In this document: piece by piece, positions 19,449 through 30,159 of the stretch
How positions within the stretch are numbered: the stretch's first letter is position 1
How the letters are laid out: every line of letters begins with the position of its first letter
Origin: Candidatus Nomurabacteria bacterium
GTDB lineage: Bacteria > Patescibacteriota > Minisyncoccia > Phycocordibacterales > UBA2100
Length of the DNA: 64,000 nt
NCBI GenBank assembly: GCA_943356775.1
Contig: CALRFU010000005.1
Location: forward strand, 11,671-75,670
Reading direction: 5' to 3'
The notes under the pieces: model-generated
The model's database searches: none
Seen by the model: only the letters and a program-made list of their open reading frames with translations
Told to the model about the DNA's origin: nothing
Made by a program: the position numbers and the translations under genes

Positions 19449-19820
19449 TTACTCACCTTTCAAATCTTTGATGACGTCGTCGACGGTGGTGTCGCGCACG
19501 TATGGTTCCGACGAGGGTGCACTTGATGGGCGCTCGCCGCTTCTATCTGGTGCCATGCCTTGTCCACGCTGACTTCCCTCTGGCTCTTCTATCTTGAGAT
19601 TGACACGAGCATCGTTCTTCATGCCGACAACGCGCAATACCGTGCGAATAGCCTTTGCTGTTGCACCTGAGCGACCGATGACTTTACCCATGTCGTCCTG
19701 GTGGACAGAGAGTGTGAGAAGCACGCCCATTTCATCAACGACGCGTGTTATTTTCACCGCCTCTGGGTGGTCTGCAAGCGCCTTCACGACGTACTCCAAA
19801 AATTGCTGATCTTGTTCCAT
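19449..19820 (-). CDS. khpA: KH-domain RNA-binding protein
   Basis: DMGKVIGRSG.TAKAIRT; located between rpsP and trmD. Confidence 0.9.
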   Translation of the reverse strand: MEQDQQFLEYVVKALADHPEAVKITRVVDEMGVLLTLSVHQDDMGKVIGRSGATAKAIRTVLRVVGMKNDARVNLKIEEPEGSQRGQGMAPDRSGERPSSAPSSEPYVRDTTVDDVIKDLKGE

Positions 19821-19861
19821 ATCCGTTTGTCTATCTTGGTAATGAATTCAGTATACCAAAC

Positions 19862-20287
19862 CTACGCAGCGGGAGTCTCTTCTTTCGTCTCTTCTACTAC
19901 GGCTACTTCTTCGACAGGAGCGGCTGCTTCTGCAGGTGCTTCAGCTGCGGGCGCAGCCTCGGCAGCGACTTCTTCCTTCTTTGCCTCGCCAGAGTCTTCG
20001 ACGGCGGGTGCCGGTTCCTTAAACTTAGGGAGGACGTTGATTTTCTTGGCGTCAATGATTTTAAGCGACACGAGCATATTGTGGACGGTCGCGCTCGGCT
20101 GTGCACCGACTGATATCCAGTACTTGATGCGCTCTACATCGAGCACCCGTTGCTTGCTCTTGGGGTCGTAGGTACCGACTTTCTCCACGTATTTTCCGGC
20201 CTTTGGGCTGGATGCGTGTTCCAAAACAACTATGCGGTAAGAAGGCGTATTGATGCGCCCGGTGCGTTGCATTCGTATCTTCAACAT
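19862..20287 (-). CDS. rpsP: 30S ribosomal protein S16 with acidic Ala/Glu tail
   Basis: MLKIRMQRTG...YRIVV...E.VGTYDP...W..VGAQPS.TV. Confidence 0.96.
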   Translation of the reverse strand: MLKIRMQRTGRINTPSYRIVVLEHASSPKAGKYVEKVGTYDPKSKQRVLDVERIKYWISVGAQPSATVHNMLVSLKIIDAKKINVLPKFKEPAPAVEDSGEAKKEEVAAEAAPAAEAPAEAAAPVEEVAVVEETKEETPAA

Positions 20288-20315
20288 ATGTCGCGACACT
20301 CTACCTCTTTCGTCC

Positions 20316-22526
20316 TTATTTTGCAACACGCTCAGCTTCCTCGAGCTTCACGGAGAGCAACTTTGATACTCCATCTTGTCCCATCGTGACGCCATACAAT
20401 TCCCCTGCTGCGGCCATGGTCGCTCTGTTGTGGGTGATGACTATGAGCTGCGACTTGTTACCGAGCTCCCGTATCATGTCGGCGTAGCGGCGCGAATTAG
20501 CCTCATCAAGCGCCGCGTCGGTCTCGTCGAGAATAAGAAACGGCGGGGGATTCACTTGGCTCATCGAAAAGATAAGTGCGATTGAGGTAAGTGCCCGTTC
20601 GCCGCCCGAGAGCACATCAAGGCCGCGGATTTTCTTGCGCGGAAGCGCGACATCAATAGAAAGCCCCGCATAAAGCCCCTCTTCCTCCGAGACGAAATCT
20701 TCCTCGTCCTCACTTTCAGCGTCGAGATTCTCACGCGCTGTTTTCCGGCGAGGCTCCTCCACTTCGAGCTTTGCGTGCCCGCCGCCGAAGAGCTTCGCGA
20801 AGAAATTCTGCAACGCGACGTTGATGTGCTTGATGCCCTCGGTGAATCGCGCGTCAATCGTCTTTTCCAATTCTGTGATGATGTCCTGAAGTTTCTGCGC
20901 CGAGCTCTCGAGGTCAACGAGCTCACGCGCGAGAAATTCTTCGCGCTCTTTGGTTTGATTGAATTCTTTGACTACCGCATCCCCTCCTCCTATCCCCGAC
21001 TCTTCTATCTTAATCTTGAGCCGCTCAATCTCGCGCCGACGCTTCTCCTGTGCGTGTCGATCCTCTTCGAGCAGCGCGCCCGCGGGTATATCCGCCTTTT
21101 CCCACCCATGCACGGCAGCACCGATAAGCGCGATTCCTTCCCGCACTTCTTCTTCGAAGCGTTGGCGAAGTCCTGCGATATTCGCGCGTGCCGACCGGAC
21201 ACCGCCGAGCTTGCTTTGCGCCACGCGCACGCTCGATTCCAATTCCATTAAATCGCGCTCGGCAGTAAATCCCGCCTCTCGCGCTTCGGCTATTCTTTGG
21301 CGAAGCGTTTCCAATTCCCCCGCAAGAGCCGCCTCCTGTGTGCGCACGCGCTCGAGCGATTTGGCGAGTGCTTCCACTTGCTGCCGGACTTCTTCGTTGG
21401 TCTCAGGTGCTGCACCTGAAAGACCCTCGACGAAGGCTTTGATGCGCTCGCGTATCTGGCCGAGGCGATTCTTGATGATTGAAATATCGTTTTCGCGCTC
21501 GGCTTCGGCAATAGTCTCGGAAAGCGCGCGGGCAAATTGTCGCACATGCGGTACAGGAACGATTTGTTCGACGGTAACGGTATTTGCTTCCAAGGCACCT
21601 TCGGCGCGACCGAGCTCGCGGGTAATCTGCTCGCTTTCACGACGCGCCTCGGAGAGCTTGCCCTCCCGGTCACCAATCTTCGTTTTCAAATCTGCAGTCG
21701 CGCCTTGCCCCGCCGAAGCCCGTACCGCTCGTGCATGCGATACCGATTCCGCAAGCTTCTTCAACTCAGCATCATGCGTCTTCTCGTCATCGCGAAGGCG
21801 GGCGTCCTCCTGGGTAATCCATGCGTTCTCGCGTGCGAGATACTCGTTCAATCTTACCGCGAGCTCGTCTTTCATTTCGCGCGCCTTCTCTATCTTCTCG
21901 ACTTGGACCCGCAAGAAATTGAGATGCGGCGCAAGCTCCCGGCGGAGTGATTTGGTCTTATCGATATTCATACCCGTCTCTTCGAGCTTGCGTTCGGATT
22001 CGACTTTTTTATGTTGGTAGAGCTTAAGACCAAGCGCATCCTCCACCATCTCCCGGCGCTCACGAGGCGACGCATTCAAAATACGATCTGCTTCACCCTG
22101 TGAGATTATCTGGTAGCCGGAGCCGCCGATATTCGCTCCGGCGAGAAGGCGAATCACATCTTTGAGCCGCACGACTGTGCCGTTCAAAAGGTATTCATTT
22201 TGTCCGTCGCGGTACACAACGCGCTCGACGGTGACATCTTTGAAATCGAGGTCGAGGAGACGTTTGGAATTATCAAAAACAACTTTCACGCCCGCGCGAT
22301 TCATACGTGGAAGTGCCGGCGAGCCGCCCCAGATGAGGTCCTCGCCGCGCTTTCCGCGCATCGATTTCATTGACTGCTCGCCAAGCACAAATCGAAAACC
22401 GTCTGCTACATTACTTTTTCCTGATCCATTCGGGCCCACAATAGAAGAAATGCGCGTCCCAAATTCAAGCGTCGTCTTTTTTCCAAACGACTTAAACCCC
22501 GCAAGCTCGATCGACTTGAGATACAT
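20316..22526 (-). CDS. smc: Short SMC-family ATPase
   Basis: GFKSF, GPNGSGKSN Walker A, LSGGE signature, LDETDAALD Walker B; about 736 aa. Confidence 0.85.
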   Translation of the reverse strand: MYLKSIELAGFKSFGKKTTLEFGTRISSIVGPNGSGKSNVADGFRFVLGEQSMKSMRGKRGEDLIWGGSPALPRMNRAGVKVVFDNSKRLLDLDFKDVTVERVVYRDGQNEYLLNGTVVRLKDVIRLLAGANIGGSGYQIISQGEADRILNASPRERREMVEDALGLKLYQHKKVESERKLEETGMNIDKTKSLRRELAPHLNFLRVQVEKIEKAREMKDELAVRLNEYLARENAWITQEDARLRDDEKTHDAELKKLAESVSHARAVRASAGQGATADLKTKIGDREGKLSEARRESEQITRELGRAEGALEANTVTVEQIVPVPHVRQFARALSETIAEAERENDISIIKNRLGQIRERIKAFVEGLSGAAPETNEEVRQQVEALAKSLERVRTQEAALAGELETLRQRIAEAREAGFTAERDLMELESSVRVAQSKLGGVRSARANIAGLRQRFEEEVREGIALIGAAVHGWEKADIPAGALLEEDRHAQEKRRREIERLKIKIEESGIGGGDAVVKEFNQTKEREEFLARELVDLESSAQKLQDIITELEKTIDARFTEGIKHINVALQNFFAKLFGGGHAKLEVEEPRRKTARENLDAESEDEEDFVSEEEGLYAGLSIDVALPRKKIRGLDVLSGGERALTSIALIFSMSQVNPPPFLILDETDAALDEANSRRYADMIRELGNKSQLIVITHNRATMAAAGELYGVTMGQDGVSKLLSVKLEEAERVAK

Positions 22527-22565
22527 GGCCGTCATTGTAACAAGAAAAACCCTTACCGGCAGATT

Positions 22566-22754
22566 TTACTTCCCTCTCACTCCACTCTTCAGTTCCACCG
22601 GCTTCAAGCGTGCAAGAGAAATAGCGGGGACAACTGCCCCGATATCCTGCCGCAAGATGCCGACGCGCCGAATTCTATCTTGAGTGATGGGCTCGGGCGC
22701 TTCCGGACGGAAGCGGAGCATGGAGTAGTCTTCGGTACGATAGTGCTGCGACAT
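22566..22754 (-). CDS. Small hypothetical protein
   Basis: 62 aa, AGGA upstream. Confidence 0.4.
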   Translation of the reverse strand: MSQHYRTEDYSMLRFRPEAPEPITQDRIRRVGILRQDIGAVVPAISLARLKPVELKSGVRGK

Positions 22755-22926
22755 CGTCGCTTCCTAACGTTGTGTGAGCGGCCTTCCGACCGCAGAGCAG
22801 GGGTCTCCTACTTTTTTGTTACGTATTATCTATGTTCTATTTGTCAATAGCCCAGGCGAGGTGATTTGTCCTCAAATAGAGCCAAGTAACCATTGCTTAA
22901 AGGCCAAGGCATATCATAATAGATAA

Positions 22927-24612
22927 ATGAAATTAGACCGCGAAGAAGTCCCTCGTGCAGCAGGTAAAGGAGGTACTCGCGGCGAACTCCCAAAGCCGAT
23001 CCCTGAAATGATAAAGCCGCATAGTGAAGCCGCTCAGCGTGTCCTTGATTTGCGAAACGCCATCCATAAGATCGGATCTAAGGAGCCTCCCGTAAGCCCT
23101 CAAATCATCAAGGGCTTGTTCCCGTACTACATGGGAGAAAAGAAAATCGCCGACACAATTGAGGGTGATCGAATAACCCGCGAAATCGCGATCAATCTAA
23201 GCGAGATTCAAAATTTTCATAGTGAATGGCGTCAATCATGGATGCTGGATCCAAACAACAAAGAAGCTCTGGAGAGGATGACGGCGAATCCATCGCAGAG
23301 TCGAGGGATGATTCCACTCGGGGTTTCTTTTTCCCCAGAAAGCTCCCGCCGACCTGACGATCTTCCAGAAATACCCAGGTCCCTACGCCTAATGCTTCAT
23401 GAAGATGAAAATGTATCGCATCACGTACGTAGAACATTCGTACTGGCTCTCAGTGGAATGAGTTTCAAGAATACTCCTGAGGGAAAACTGTGTCAGGTTT
23501 TTGCAAAACTCTTTAAAGAGCGAAATAGGGCGCAAATCGATGCCCACGACATCCATATGCGTGGCCAATTTGATAATGCAGCACTTGCGCTTCTTTCGTA
23601 TAAGATAATTTATCCCGTGATTCGAGAACAAGAAAATCGCGATGGTTCAACCACTGAGAAAGTCGGATTCGGGATGAATTTGCGTCTTCTTGAACGCCAC
23701 GCTGAAGTCTTTCTTGCACGTGAACGGTATGAGCGTCTCGAGAAAAGGATTTCAAAAGAAACAGACTCTTCCGTTCGTGCGCAATTGGAAAGCGAGCTTC
23801 TCGCACTCTCCGAAAAAAAGCAAGATGCCGACACGTTCATTGCTAATCTAAAAAAGGGCTTTGGCATTAAAGACCCTGGAACAATCTTTGAGACTTTTGG
23901 CGATCGCCTCTATGTGCGAAGCTCAGACTTACCTGTGTTCGACTCTCCCCAACCAGGTGATACAGCGAAAGGTAGAGCAATTTCGTCTCGAAGTCTTGAC
24001 GCAGCGCTTGAAATGCTTACGAAACGCGAAATACCCGATGAGAAGAAATTTGTTTCTCAAGATTTAAATACGCGATCAGCCGAATTTTCACACCGATTAC
24101 ATTTTGCCACAATTACCTTGGGTGAACTGACTGAGTCAGTCTCTCAATTTAAGGAAGGTATCGTAGACGAGGACACCCGATCAGTTGCTCGCAACCTACT
24201 AAAACAAATTATCGATATCTCAGACGACGTTCGTCGCATCCACGATGCATCAAACCGAACTCTTTCCGTTGAGGGTAAAAGTCCCGAAAGTATGGGGACA
24301 CGAAAAGAGAAATTTGAACCGCTATTAAAACTCGCCGGGAGCTTAAGTAGATCATACGAGACAATTCTTGAAGACCTTAAATCGCTCCTGTTTGCAAAAT
24401 CACAAAATAATCAAGAAAGCACGGCGGGTACAAACGAAGGCACCACCGAACTTCAAGCCCAATTAAATGATGCAATAACAGAAATTGCACAAAATCGCGA
24501 ACTTATGCTGCTTGTCTGCGAATATTTAACTTCGGGCACGCCACCACGTGAGATAATCGAATTCATTAACGAGTATTTAGCACAATCTTCCGCGAGCGAA
24601 CCGAGATCATAG
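22927..24612 (+). CDS. Hypothetical helical protein (561 aa)
   Basis: Long ORF; CATAAT just upstream. Confidence 0.8.
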   Translation: MKLDREEVPRAAGKGGTRGELPKPIPEMIKPHSEAAQRVLDLRNAIHKIGSKEPPVSPQIIKGLFPYYMGEKKIADTIEGDRITREIAINLSEIQNFHSEWRQSWMLDPNNKEALERMTANPSQSRGMIPLGVSFSPESSRRPDDLPEIPRSLRLMLHEDENVSHHVRRTFVLALSGMSFKNTPEGKLCQVFAKLFKERNRAQIDAHDIHMRGQFDNAALALLSYKIIYPVIREQENRDGSTTEKVGFGMNLRLLERHAEVFLARERYERLEKRISKETDSSVRAQLESELLALSEKKQDADTFIANLKKGFGIKDPGTIFETFGDRLYVRSSDLPVFDSPQPGDTAKGRAISSRSLDAALEMLTKREIPDEKKFVSQDLNTRSAEFSHRLHFATITLGELTESVSQFKEGIVDEDTRSVARNLLKQIIDISDDVRRIHDASNRTLSVEGKSPESMGTRKEKFEPLLKLAGSLSRSYETILEDLKSLLFAKSQNNQESTAGTNEGTTELQAQLNDAITEIAQNRELMLLVCEYLTSGTPPREIIEFINEYLAQSSASEPRS

Positions 24613-24613
24613 T

Positions 24614-25624
24614 ATGGCAAACGGCGATAGAATTGCAGGAAGAAATATTGTACTCGAAGCAATGAAAGCCCGCCTTGCTGAAAAAGCAGCACGCAAACAA
24701 GGCGTTCCTACCCCAGAAGCAGCGGACAAACCTGCTTCACCTCAAGCCCCTGAATCGTCAATTCCCACTACACCGCGAGAGTCTGGTCGCACAGTTGCAA
24801 CCCTTGAAAATGCAATGCGCGACACCGCCGACAAAGCACGTTTCGGTAAAGAGCTTGTCGAGGCTTGCGCAAGCTTGAAAGAGAAGATTGACACCCAAGT
24901 CGTCACACTGATGAATATGATGAACAAGGCGCTCGACATTGGTACTGATGGGCGCGCATACACTCACGATACTGCGAATGATTCTATCGTCGCCAACATT
25001 ACTAACCCTGATCTCATTAGTAGTTTCCGTGCAACTGAAGAAGTCACACGAGAACTAGAAGCCGTCGTCCGTGAAATGCCTGTCGAGATTGAAAAACTCT
25101 TTCATGTACTCGATGAATCCCATGGAAAATTCATATCGATAATTACCGGTGAGAAACACGAGGTGCAGAAACGCAGCTTTGATCCCCTACCTTCAATTGA
25201 TACTCTTCCGGAACGCACTTTGCCTACTCGAACACCAAAATCTATAGAGGCTTCGCTACAAACAGCTCTCGGAGAAAGTGCCAACAGGGCTGTGTTCCTG
25301 CAAGCACTTGTCGAAGCTTCGAAAAGACTCAAGGAGAAGATTGATGTGCGTGTGGTTACCCTTCTATCCATGATGAACAAGGCGCTCACTCAAGGCGTCG
25401 ATGATATTGCGTATACATTCGACCCTGGAAATAATCGCATGATGGCTGTCCCACAAGTAGACCTCGTCATAGGGTTCACTACTACCGAAAATGTCGCTCG
25501 CGAACTTGAGGGGGCTGTAATTGACATGCCGCGCGAGATTCAATTATTGATAGAGGAACTCCTGAAAGCAGACGAAGAATTTAAAGAACTCATTGCGCAA
25601 GGATTAGCAGCAGGATCAAATTGA
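24614..25624 (+). CDS. Hypothetical protein with internal tandem domain duplication
   Basis: Two copies of LVEA...LKEKID..VVTL..MMNKAL..G.D..AYT.D...E.V.RELE.....MP.EI. Confidence 0.8.
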   Translation: MANGDRIAGRNIVLEAMKARLAEKAARKQGVPTPEAADKPASPQAPESSIPTTPRESGRTVATLENAMRDTADKARFGKELVEACASLKEKIDTQVVTLMNMMNKALDIGTDGRAYTHDTANDSIVANITNPDLISSFRATEEVTRELEAVVREMPVEIEKLFHVLDESHGKFISIITGEKHEVQKRSFDPLPSIDTLPERTLPTRTPKSIEASLQTALGESANRAVFLQALVEASKRLKEKIDVRVVTLLSMMNKALTQGVDDIAYTFDPGNNRMMAVPQVDLVIGFTTTENVARELEGAVIDMPREIQLLIEELLKADEEFKELIAQGLAAGSN

Positions 25625-25630
25625 TACAAT

Positions 25631-25684
25631 ATATGCCAGAATCATTTCTCAGTAAAAATATGCCAGAATCATTTCTCAGTAAAA
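25631..25684 (+). repeat. Perfect 27-bp tandem duplication including the start codon
   Basis: ATATGCCAGAATCATTTCTCAGTAAAA x2. Confidence 0.9.
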
Positions 25685-28600
25685 AGAGGGCGGGACGTGG
25701 AGGAGGGCCGACGCTCGGTTCGTACTCGGGCTCTAAGGTAACCGTCGAGCACCAATTACCGACTCCGACTGGTATAGAGTCCAAAGTCAGCGAAGAAGTA
25801 CGCATGGCGATCGAGAAAATCAAGGCAAACGCCGTCAATGAAATGGTCACGCAAATGAAAAGCGTCGGCCTCGATATTGACGATGCTAGCGTTCGGGCGG
25901 CAGTCAATCAATATGAAAAAGATCCTAGTGTGAGGGATGGTGCAATCAATGCGATTCGAGACATGATGAAGGGCCTTAAAGGAAAGGGTCCGGATGAGAT
26001 TGCAGAAACTCTCGCAAACGATGCACAAGCCGTTTTCACTGCAGCAAAAAATAATACGGAAATTCCACTCAATAACGTTCTTATTCCCCTTCTCATATCA
26101 CAGGGGGAGCTAGAACAAACCGAGCTCGATGAAGCTGCTCGAATGAAACTCAGGGGCGTAAAGTTGAGCACGCGACGACTTAAGACGGGCCCTGTTTCTG
26201 CTGCTAAAGGCGTAGTCGGGCGACTCGCAGTCCCCTCAGCGGTACTGCTACACACAACCCTTGCAGTCGTCGACACAGCTGTCATTGAGAAAGCAGCTTC
26301 AGGCGTACTCTCGGACTGGGCCGTAGAAGGTGCCACTAAAGAGGCTCTCGCATGGGGCTTCTCGGGCGCCGGCAACGTTCTTCTCGTCAAACAAAAACTC
26401 AGTGTACGAGGTGAATGGATTCGCGGAACGGCGGATTTTTTCTGGAGCGACACAAACAAAGGCCGAGTATATGGTGCACTCGCGGCATCATTTCTTGCAC
26501 TTGCGACACCGGCAATTCTCGGCCAGGTGAAGCGCGGTACAGTTGATACAGCTGTTTCGGGGGAAGTTGGCCCGAAAATGGGAGCTCGTTACAAGCCAGA
26601 AATTGACAGCATTCAAGAGACAATCAGACTCGCACAAGGGCTCTTTGGGTCTATACAACCATCAATCGACGATAAAATGCGAACAGCTTTCAAAGATGGA
26701 GGAATCGGATGGGGCCGCAGGACGTGGAGCATTAATCGTGTTTTATACGGCAAGAACGCAGAAAGCGACCGCAACTACGAGGCATTCAGGGCGGATCCAA
26801 ATGCATCTGCGACATTTCGAGGAAAACCCATGGCAGAGTTTGCAAGAGGAGTTGTACCGCCTGCAGAATCGCAGCGCCAGTCCGCAACTGCATCGGCCGA
26901 TCTTACACAGGCACGAAAAGAATTGGAAACGCTGAGAAAAACGCCCTCGACCAAGAACGAGACAGGCCAAGCAAAACAAAAAGCCGCTATTAAAGCTGCT
27001 GAACTTAAAGTACGAAATGCTCAGGGCGCTACCAATGCGCCACGTGGCGCAATTCCGGAGGCCAAGTCCACGCCCGGAGCGGGTGCCGGCCCTGATCCCG
27101 ACGCTGTCCAAAAAGCTATGCTATCGCTTAATCAACGCTACGGCCTCAATCCAACTGATGGAGCAGAACAGTATCTGAAGAAACTTACCGATGAAATTGA
27201 AAAAATAAATCCAGAGCAGGTATTCAAAATACTTGATTCACTTCTCAAAGAGAGTGAAATACTTTCAAAATCAGGCATCATCGGAAATATTTTTGGCGTG
27301 CTTGCACCCGTGCCAACAATCATGGGGACTATCGGTTCGAACGTTTGGCGTGGAGAAGGAGCGAGTTCATTCACGAAAAATGTCCCTTGGGAGGATATGT
27401 TCCATAGCTCATCAGGGGTGCGCGCAATGTTCAAAACTGAAGAAAAATATCTTGCACGTCGCAATGAGATGGTAAAAAGTCTAAAGATGATCATGGTTAG
27501 TACGCAATTCGAGAAATACCTCACTGATGTAGCCAAGGAAACGGGAGTCGACACAAAGATGGTGATCCCATCAACAACGTTCACAATCGCAGATGACGCC
27601 ACTGGTATAGATCGCACGCCCTACAAAGTAATGGTTGATAAGACCGTTTTAGATTATGCCTTACCTCTCATGCCGCCTAACGACAGTCCGGAATGGGGGT
27701 ACATCGACACAAGTTTCAAAAATTCAGGAATCACATGGATCGATGTAAAGACTGATGCTGGGAAATATCAGGCAATGGGTCTGCTCGTCGGATTCGTACT
27801 CTTAATTCTTGCTGGAAGTGTCTGGTATACGATCGGCATGAAAAAACTGAGTAAACGATGGGGCATTGACAATGCTTTGCGCGATGATGAGAAGCGAGGG
27901 TTGTTTGCAGTTGAATCGAAAATTGTGAATGACATGGTCAAGCTCGTGCGCGATCGTGAAAAGACGCTCATGGGAGCAATTGCAAAAAGCGGAAGTAGTT
28001 CCCAATTACCGCAACGTGACGAACTAGCACTTGGCGCGGTCTTGCAACGACGCCTGCGCGAAGAAGTCCTTTCGAAGATGCAACAGCCGCTCGATAAAAC
28101 ACCTGAAGGTATCGCGTTTATCAATCGCGAAAACTCCCTCGGTAGTCGTGCACTGCGTATGGAATATGCTGCAAAACTCAACGAATACATCGAGGGCTAC
28201 AAAAATGACCGCAGCGGGGCCGTTGTCACAATTCTCGATGATATCGATGCGGGTAGATATGAGGAGATCAGGGCGCTTCAGGCATTCGTACAACAGAGTC
28301 AGCCCATCGCAACAACAGAACTCGCCGCGAAGAACATTGCCGCGTGGTGGGAACGCATTGATGTCAAGTTCGTTAATGAAGAAGTTGAAGCTCGTAAAGC
28401 TGACATACAAAACCTCTATGCTGAGCGCGAGGCCGTTGTAAATCTTCGCGCGCCGATGCAAATTCTTCTCACCGACAGCGTGGCACCAGGCAGCATCACG
28501 CCCGCTGATATTTTGTATACATCGCGACTGACGGAACTTGATAGTCTTATCGCCACTCAACACGAGGCGATTAAGCAAATCACGAACGGCGCTGTCGATG

Positions 28601-29430
28601 GTCCTATACAACGCGATACTAAGGTAGTCTTTTCGAATGAACAGATAGAGGAGCTTCGCGACGACCTTCAAAACGAAGAACTCAACAACACCCTCGACGG
28701 TAGTGATATTACATCGGTCGCTAAAGAATATAGCGCACTCGCTCAAAGCCTCGGAAAACGCGTCCGCTCTCTTGAGAACTTCGTCACAGCAGCATTCGGC
28801 GACGAAACTGCGGGTGGTCGAATCTCATTTGAATACGCATATCGTCCCGACGTTTTCGGACCCACTATTGTTATCAATCTACAGCGAGCAGACGGAGAGA
28901 CTCTTACCGTACCGCTGCAACAAACGGTACCGAATCGACTCCTTGCCACAGATGAATCGATAATCCAAGCTATGGCCCAGTGGCTACGGCCTGATAGTAA
29001 AGAGATGAGACTAATGCGATTGTACGCTGTCCATGATTCGTATAAAGCAGCTGCTGATGCCGTCAAAAAAGAAATACTTGGTGACGCCTCGAGCGGTCTC
29101 GTTGATGTAGTTAGTTTCGATGATGAGAAATTTGCGGGCGTGCAAGAGTTACTCGAACGTAGCGATGTCATACGCATCCAAAGGCAATTACTGGAACAGA
29201 TCAAGGCTTCTGGTGAACCACTTAATCAAGTACAACAGCGGGTTTTCGAGGAGCCAGATAAAGTGGCTCTCGGAGGTATGTGGAAAAAAGATATCCGAAC
29301 GGTTTTAAAAGCGGCTACCGATCTCAACCCGGACTCAACAGTGCAATACGACGTCGGTACTGAGGAGGTCGTTATCAAGAATACATTGGGAGAACGCAGG
29401 GTGAACGTGCGTAACGTGCCAAGTACCTAA
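25633..29430 (+). CDS. Large membrane-anchored coiled-coil hypothetical protein
   Basis: About 1265 aa, hydrophobic segments (e.g. AMGLLVGFVLLILAGSVWYTI), helical composition. Confidence 0.8.
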   Translation: MPESFLSKNMPESFLSKKRAGRGGGPTLGSYSGSKVTVEHQLPTPTGIESKVSEEVRMAIEKIKANAVNEMVTQMKSVGLDIDDASVRAAVNQYEKDPSVRDGAINAIRDMMKGLKGKGPDEIAETLANDAQAVFTAAKNNTEIPLNNVLIPLLISQGELEQTELDEAARMKLRGVKLSTRRLKTGPVSAAKGVVGRLAVPSAVLLHTTLAVVDTAVIEKAASGVLSDWAVEGATKEALAWGFSGAGNVLLVKQKLSVRGEWIRGTADFFWSDTNKGRVYGALAASFLALATPAILGQVKRGTVDTAVSGEVGPKMGARYKPEIDSIQETIRLAQGLFGSIQPSIDDKMRTAFKDGGIGWGRRTWSINRVLYGKNAESDRNYEAFRADPNASATFRGKPMAEFARGVVPPAESQRQSATASADLTQARKELETLRKTPSTKNETGQAKQKAAIKAAELKVRNAQGATNAPRGAIPEAKSTPGAGAGPDPDAVQKAMLSLNQRYGLNPTDGAEQYLKKLTDEIEKINPEQVFKILDSLLKESEILSKSGIIGNIFGVLAPVPTIMGTIGSNVWRGEGASSFTKNVPWEDMFHSSSGVRAMFKTEEKYLARRNEMVKSLKMIMVSTQFEKYLTDVAKETGVDTKMVIPSTTFTIADDATGIDRTPYKVMVDKTVLDYALPLMPPNDSPEWGYIDTSFKNSGITWIDVKTDAGKYQAMGLLVGFVLLILAGSVWYTIGMKKLSKRWGIDNALRDDEKRGLFAVESKIVNDMVKLVRDREKTLMGAIAKSGSSSQLPQRDELALGAVLQRRLREEVLSKMQQPLDKTPEGIAFINRENSLGSRALRMEYAAKLNEYIEGYKNDRSGAVVTILDDIDAGRYEEIRALQAFVQQSQPIATTELAAKNIAAWWERIDVKFVNEEVEARKADIQNLYAEREAVVNLRAPMQILLTDSVAPGSITPADILYTSRLTELDSLIATQHEAIKQITNGAVDGPIQRDTKVVFSNEQIEELRDDLQNEELNNTLDGSDITSVAKEYSALAQSLGKRVRSLENFVTAAFGDETAGGRISFEYAYRPDVFGPTIVINLQRADGETLTVPLQQTVPNRLLATDESIIQAMAQWLRPDSKEMRLMRLYAVHDSYKAAADAVKKEILGDASSGLVDVVSFDDEKFAGVQELLERSDVIRIQRQLLEQIKASGEPLNQVQQRVFEEPDKVALGGMWKKDIRTVLKAATDLNPDSTVQYDVGTEEVVIKNTLGERRVNVRNVPST

Positions 29431-29473
29431 AAGCAAAAGTCCCCTTGTATTTTCGTATGGGGACTTGGCTTAG

Positions 29474-29656
29474 TTAAAAGATCCTCTTGGCTATGAAATG
29501 CAGGAATGCTCCCAGCATACAGGCTGAGAGCGCGATCGTGATGACAACGGCCAATTTCCGTATATGTGGCACACCTGCGTACTCGAGCGTAAATGTAACC
29601 ACCCAAACTATCAGCACAACCACGAACATGACTGAAAGCGCTTTTCGATTTGTCAT
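29474..29656 (-). CDS. Small two-TM membrane protein (60 aa)
   Basis: SD AAGGAG; MTNRKALSVMFVVVLIVWVV... Confidence 0.55.
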   Translation of the reverse strand: MTNRKALSVMFVVVLIVWVVTFTLEYAGVPHIRKLAVVITIALSACMLGAFLHFIAKRIF

Positions 29657-29895
29657 GAGACATCTCCTTGCATTTCCATGAAGAGTTAGCCCGCTGCCGA
29701 GTACATTACCATGAACATGCGCTTGGGCAACTTTGGGATGCTCTACCACCCCTTCGCAATGAGCGCCTTTTGAGCGGCGTCTTGTTCTGCTTCTTGTTTG
29801 GAGTGACCCTCGCCGAGGGCGATCTTTCGCGAGCGATGTAGGCGACGACAAACACCTCGTGATCGGGTTTGAAGCGGGGATCGGGATAGCTCGAG

Positions 29896-30159
29896 CTATT
29901 CGTACAATTCACTATGTGTGCCAATACGGATAAATATACAAGCATCACCGTCGGTGAAATATAGTGCGCGGTAATCTCCCGTGATGTTGATACTTCTGCA
30001 ACCGCCATACTCTCCACTGAGTGAGTGATTCTTCAGCAGCGGATTAAGTGGGTTCGTTTCGAACAACAGCTTACGCTCGACGAACTTGCTACGTATACTC
30101 AAGTCGAGTTTTTTTATATTCTTCAGAAACGATGGGCGCAGGACGATTTTCATGCCCAA
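29896..30159 (-). CDS. RelE/YafQ-family mRNA interferase toxin
   Basis: F.K..KKL...L.NH.L.GEY.G.RSINITGDYRA.Y...FIRIGTHSELY. Confidence 0.9.
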   Translation of the reverse strand: MGMKIVLRPSFLKNIKKLDLSIRSKFVERKLLFETNPLNPLLKNHSLSGEYGGCRSINITGDYRALYFTDGDACIFIRIGTHSELYE

